Below are positions 61,357-64,000 of a DNA stretch of 64,000 bases, piece by piece. The translations under genes and the position numbers were made by a program. The first letter of the stretch is position 1. The number at the start of each line of letters is the position of its first letter. This DNA comes from Phyllobates terribilis (taxonomy: Eukaryota). Where the stretch lies: assembly GCF_046119375.1 (NCBI RefSeq), contig NW_027362765.1, positions 63,178,001 through 63,242,000 on the forward strand. Reading direction: 5' to 3'. The notes under the pieces were generated by a model. It was not told the origin of the DNA and ran no database searches. It was given only the letters and a program-made list of their open reading frames with translations.

Positions 61357-62949
61357 CACAGCCATGCCATTAGTTAAGATGCCTACATGCCTAACAGGAT
61401 ATGCCCACACTTCTTAGGATCCTCATTGGCTGAATAAAATGAAACTGGCTCATTGCATTATGGGAACTTCCGATTCCGGTATACGATATTGCAAAAGTAT
61501 CGGAATTAAGTATCGGAATTCCGATACCGTGAATATCGGCCGATACCCGATATTTCAGTATCGGAATGCTCAACACTACTAAGAAACTGTCTTTGTCAAC
61601 TGTATCAATAGGGATTGGCCATGTATGTGGTGCTATCATTCCATCAGTGATCATGGAAAGAGCACTGAGCCGAATTTTGGATTCAGCCATCTGGTGGAGA
61701 AACTGTTGGCCGTAATCTCGTCCAAGAAGAACACCTTCGGAATGTGGAGTAGATAGGCATTGTGACTCTCAAGAAATGCTCATCTACTTTGGACTGTAAG
61801 CTCAACATTCTGAGTACAGAGGATGGTCTATATCCTTATTCGTAGGACCTCCTTCGGTTATAAGACTACTATCTAGTAGGGTAACTTTGTATGTGTTTAA
61901 TCCCCTCCCTCCCCCCCTTTTTCCCTTCTTCCCCTATAGGGAGTTTCTGCATGATATTGTTGGCAATTTTGGATATTCTTATCCCTTTTGTCCTAGAGGG
62001 TCCTCCTCTTTTTGGTATCAATTGACAGTGTAGTATATCTCTGGTGACCAATATTATTATTTAATGTAGTTTTCTCCTCGGTCATATAGAAATGGTATTT
62101 GTGATGTCTTTTAACTCCTCCTTTGTATAGGGGAATATATATATTTTTGCTTGGTTCCTCTTGTCCATTCGCTTTGTTCTGGAAAGCGCCCAATCTATTA
62201 TTGTATGCAGGTACCCATATTCAGAAGTATATTGGTCTAAAATTATACTACTTACCATGGTAGAGGCTTGCTTTGCAAATATATAAGAATTAAATAAATA
62301 ACAAGTTGTATAATCTTGAACTACTTACTGAGTGGGCTCCTAAGTATCGGTTGGGAAATGACCCTACTGGACGACATCACATTGGGATGGTTTTTTGTGT
62401 TTTTCCTCTGGAGACCTCTATTTTGATGGACATGCCAGTCTGCATGCACAACGCATTGAGGGTCTCTGAATAAAGAGTTCCGCTTCATGCACAATCCGTA
62501 CCACTGGAGTTTTTACACATCTGTGTATCCACGGATGTGTGTTAGTGTATGTGTGTGGATGAGCTTATCTGTCTGCGTATGTACACAACAGGAGAAAAAG
62601 AGAGAGGGCAGCAAGTAGGAGGTGGCTATATCTGACTCGTTGTATTGTATTATATCTATATATCTGTTAGTAGTACACCGTGCTTCTTTTGTTGGCGGTG
62701 ACCTTACAGCTTCTGTACAACACATTTTTAGGGGTTGTCCCTAAGTATCTGTTTTTACCTTTTATTGTGTAGGATCTGGTCTAATTCAAAACCGCATGTG
62801 CACCTTTTGGGGTAATCCTCCCCCTTCTGCACACCACAATATTTGTGATGTGGGGATGGAGGATATCACTATTATTCTCCCCATTGGGTTCTGCTCTAAA
62901 TCCCATCAAACCTAGCAGTGAACTAATCTAATGCATCTCCAAGTGCATC

Positions 62950-63470
62950 AGCAATGATCCTCTTTTATGGCTGTTGCTCTTTAACATTTATTGGATACGT
63001 GTTTGACATGTTACCTGAGCATCACTTTTAGGCAGCACTGCCAGTACAGGCATATTGCCTTGACTGTCGCGGTCTCCTTGGTGAGGAAAGCGTCCTTTCC
63101 ATTACACTGTGAGCTGCCATCTGCGCATGCGCAACATCGAGCATTTCCGGTTCAGGGGTCACGCTTCTGCACCAGTCGCACGCTGCTTCGGGCTGTCTCA
63201 AACAGCTGATCCATCGGTAATTAGGCTATGTATCTTAACTATATATAACAACGTCGTAGCACATGCCTTACAAGCCCCTGATGAAGCCACCGTGCATGGC
63301 GACACACGTTGGGCACTGATTGCCCTTCTACACCATCCCGGTGATAGGCTTTCTCCTATCTAGGATATGCTGGTCATATTACTTGTTAGACTCTCATTTG
63401 TATTTGTGGCACTAGTAGCTTTAACAGGGTTACTGCTTTTTGGCACATTTTTTTCTTTTTGAGTAGCAGG
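62950..63470 (+). mobile_element. Probable Penelope terminal-repeat region
   Basis: Non-coding segment with tatata followed by a hammerhead-like motif; no ORF support. Confidence 0.45.
63274..63314 (+). ncRNA. Degenerate minimal hammerhead ribozyme motif
   Basis: Stem I gccc/gggc, CTGATGA-A, stem II gcc/ggc, GACA in place of GAAA, near-palindromic acacgt stem III, then T. Confidence 0.5.
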
Positions 63471-63489
63471 AATAATGATATATCCCTAC

Positions 63490-63950
63490 TAGTGATGAGC
63501 GAGCATGCTCGCTACTGCTCGGTGCTTGCCCGAGCATCTCACTGCTCGAGATGCTTGGCGCTCGCCGAGTATTTCCGGGGTTGCTCGGCGGGAGCTCAGG
63601 TCCCCTCCCTGCATGTTTGGCGCTCTTTACAGAGCCAATAAACATGCAGGGATTGCCTGCCACTAACTGTAAGGCCACAGCCATATTGGTTGTGGCATTA
63701 CAGTGATTGGCTAGCCGCACAGCATCATTAGGTCTATATCAGACCTGGCGCCGCCATGCTCATCACAGTCACTCCGGAATCAGACAGTGTAGGGAGAGGT
63801 GCTGCTGAGCTAAGGAGAGATTCGCTTATTTATTAGGTAGTGTAGGTATAACAGAAGTATATTACACATATCCATCTCAACAAACAGTCCTTCTGAGGAC
63901 TAATCCATCTGCAGAGATATCAGGCAGGCAGTGTATATAGGCAGGCAGGC
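63490..63950 (+). mobile_element. hAT family 2 5' end (TIR and promoter region), second copy
   Basis: TAGTGATGAGCGAGC at 63490; reverse-complement match to 49100-49462. Confidence 0.85.
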
Positions 63951-63955
63951 ACTGT

Positions 63956-64000
63956 ACCATATTTTTTGGACTATAAGACGCACTTTTTTCCTCCAAAATT
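63956..64000. mobile_element. Start of a Tc2/pogo-type element (runs off the window)
   Basis: ta-ccatattttttggactataagacgcac resembles the CCGTATTTTTCGGACTATAAGACGCAC terminus. Confidence 0.55.

Larger units (their letters stand above)
53475..61578 (-). mobile_element. hAT DNA transposon family 1, copy 2, complete (8104 bp)
   Basis: 11-bp TIR TAGTGTTGAGC at both ends; perfect 8-bp TSD ctaagaaa (53467-74 and 61579-86); tatcgg/ccgata subterminal repeats. Confidence 0.97.
53390..62200 (-). mobile_element. Old L1 ORF2 endonuclease remnant (61587-62200 and 53390-53466) split by the hAT insertion
   Basis: Degenerate minus-strand motifs resembling VDVAFLQESH (about 61780), T.ANxY..Q..FL, and VVWGGDFN (about 53400), continuous across the hAT empty site. 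Confidence 0.5.

Noticed and set aside
1-61578. The two hAT-1 copies as part of one segmental duplication
   Set aside because: The sequences flanking their right TIRs are unrelated (acaggaac then Penelope, versus ctaagaaa then L1), so they are independent insertions.

Overview
Eukaryotic, almost certainly anuran (frog) genomic DNA; the host is inferred from the FAX/KRAB-like zinc-finger gene and the transposon families. There is one host protein-coding gene: a six-exon, minus-strand FAX/KRAB-like C2H2 zinc-finger gene (CDS 8317-16954, predicted 563 aa, 11 fingers). A second copy of its 3' end survives as a remnant (35598-36344 plus about 51050-51521). The rest is densely nested transposable elements. 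These are two near-identical copies of a large hAT element (one complete, 53475-61578, 8-bp TSD) carrying hierarchical internal tandem arrays; a second hAT family (39489-49462, plus a 5' end at 63490); four Tc1 elements; a Gmr1-type Gypsy retrotransposon with a SCAN-like gag and PR-INT-RT-RH order; solo LTRs; Penelope fragments with hammerhead-ribozyme motifs; L1, L2 and V-SINE pieces; and many Harbinger, hAT, piggyBac and Kolobok/T2 MITEs. I see no rRNA, genuine tRNA gene or CRISPR array. All alignments and boundaries were read by eye; no database search was run.
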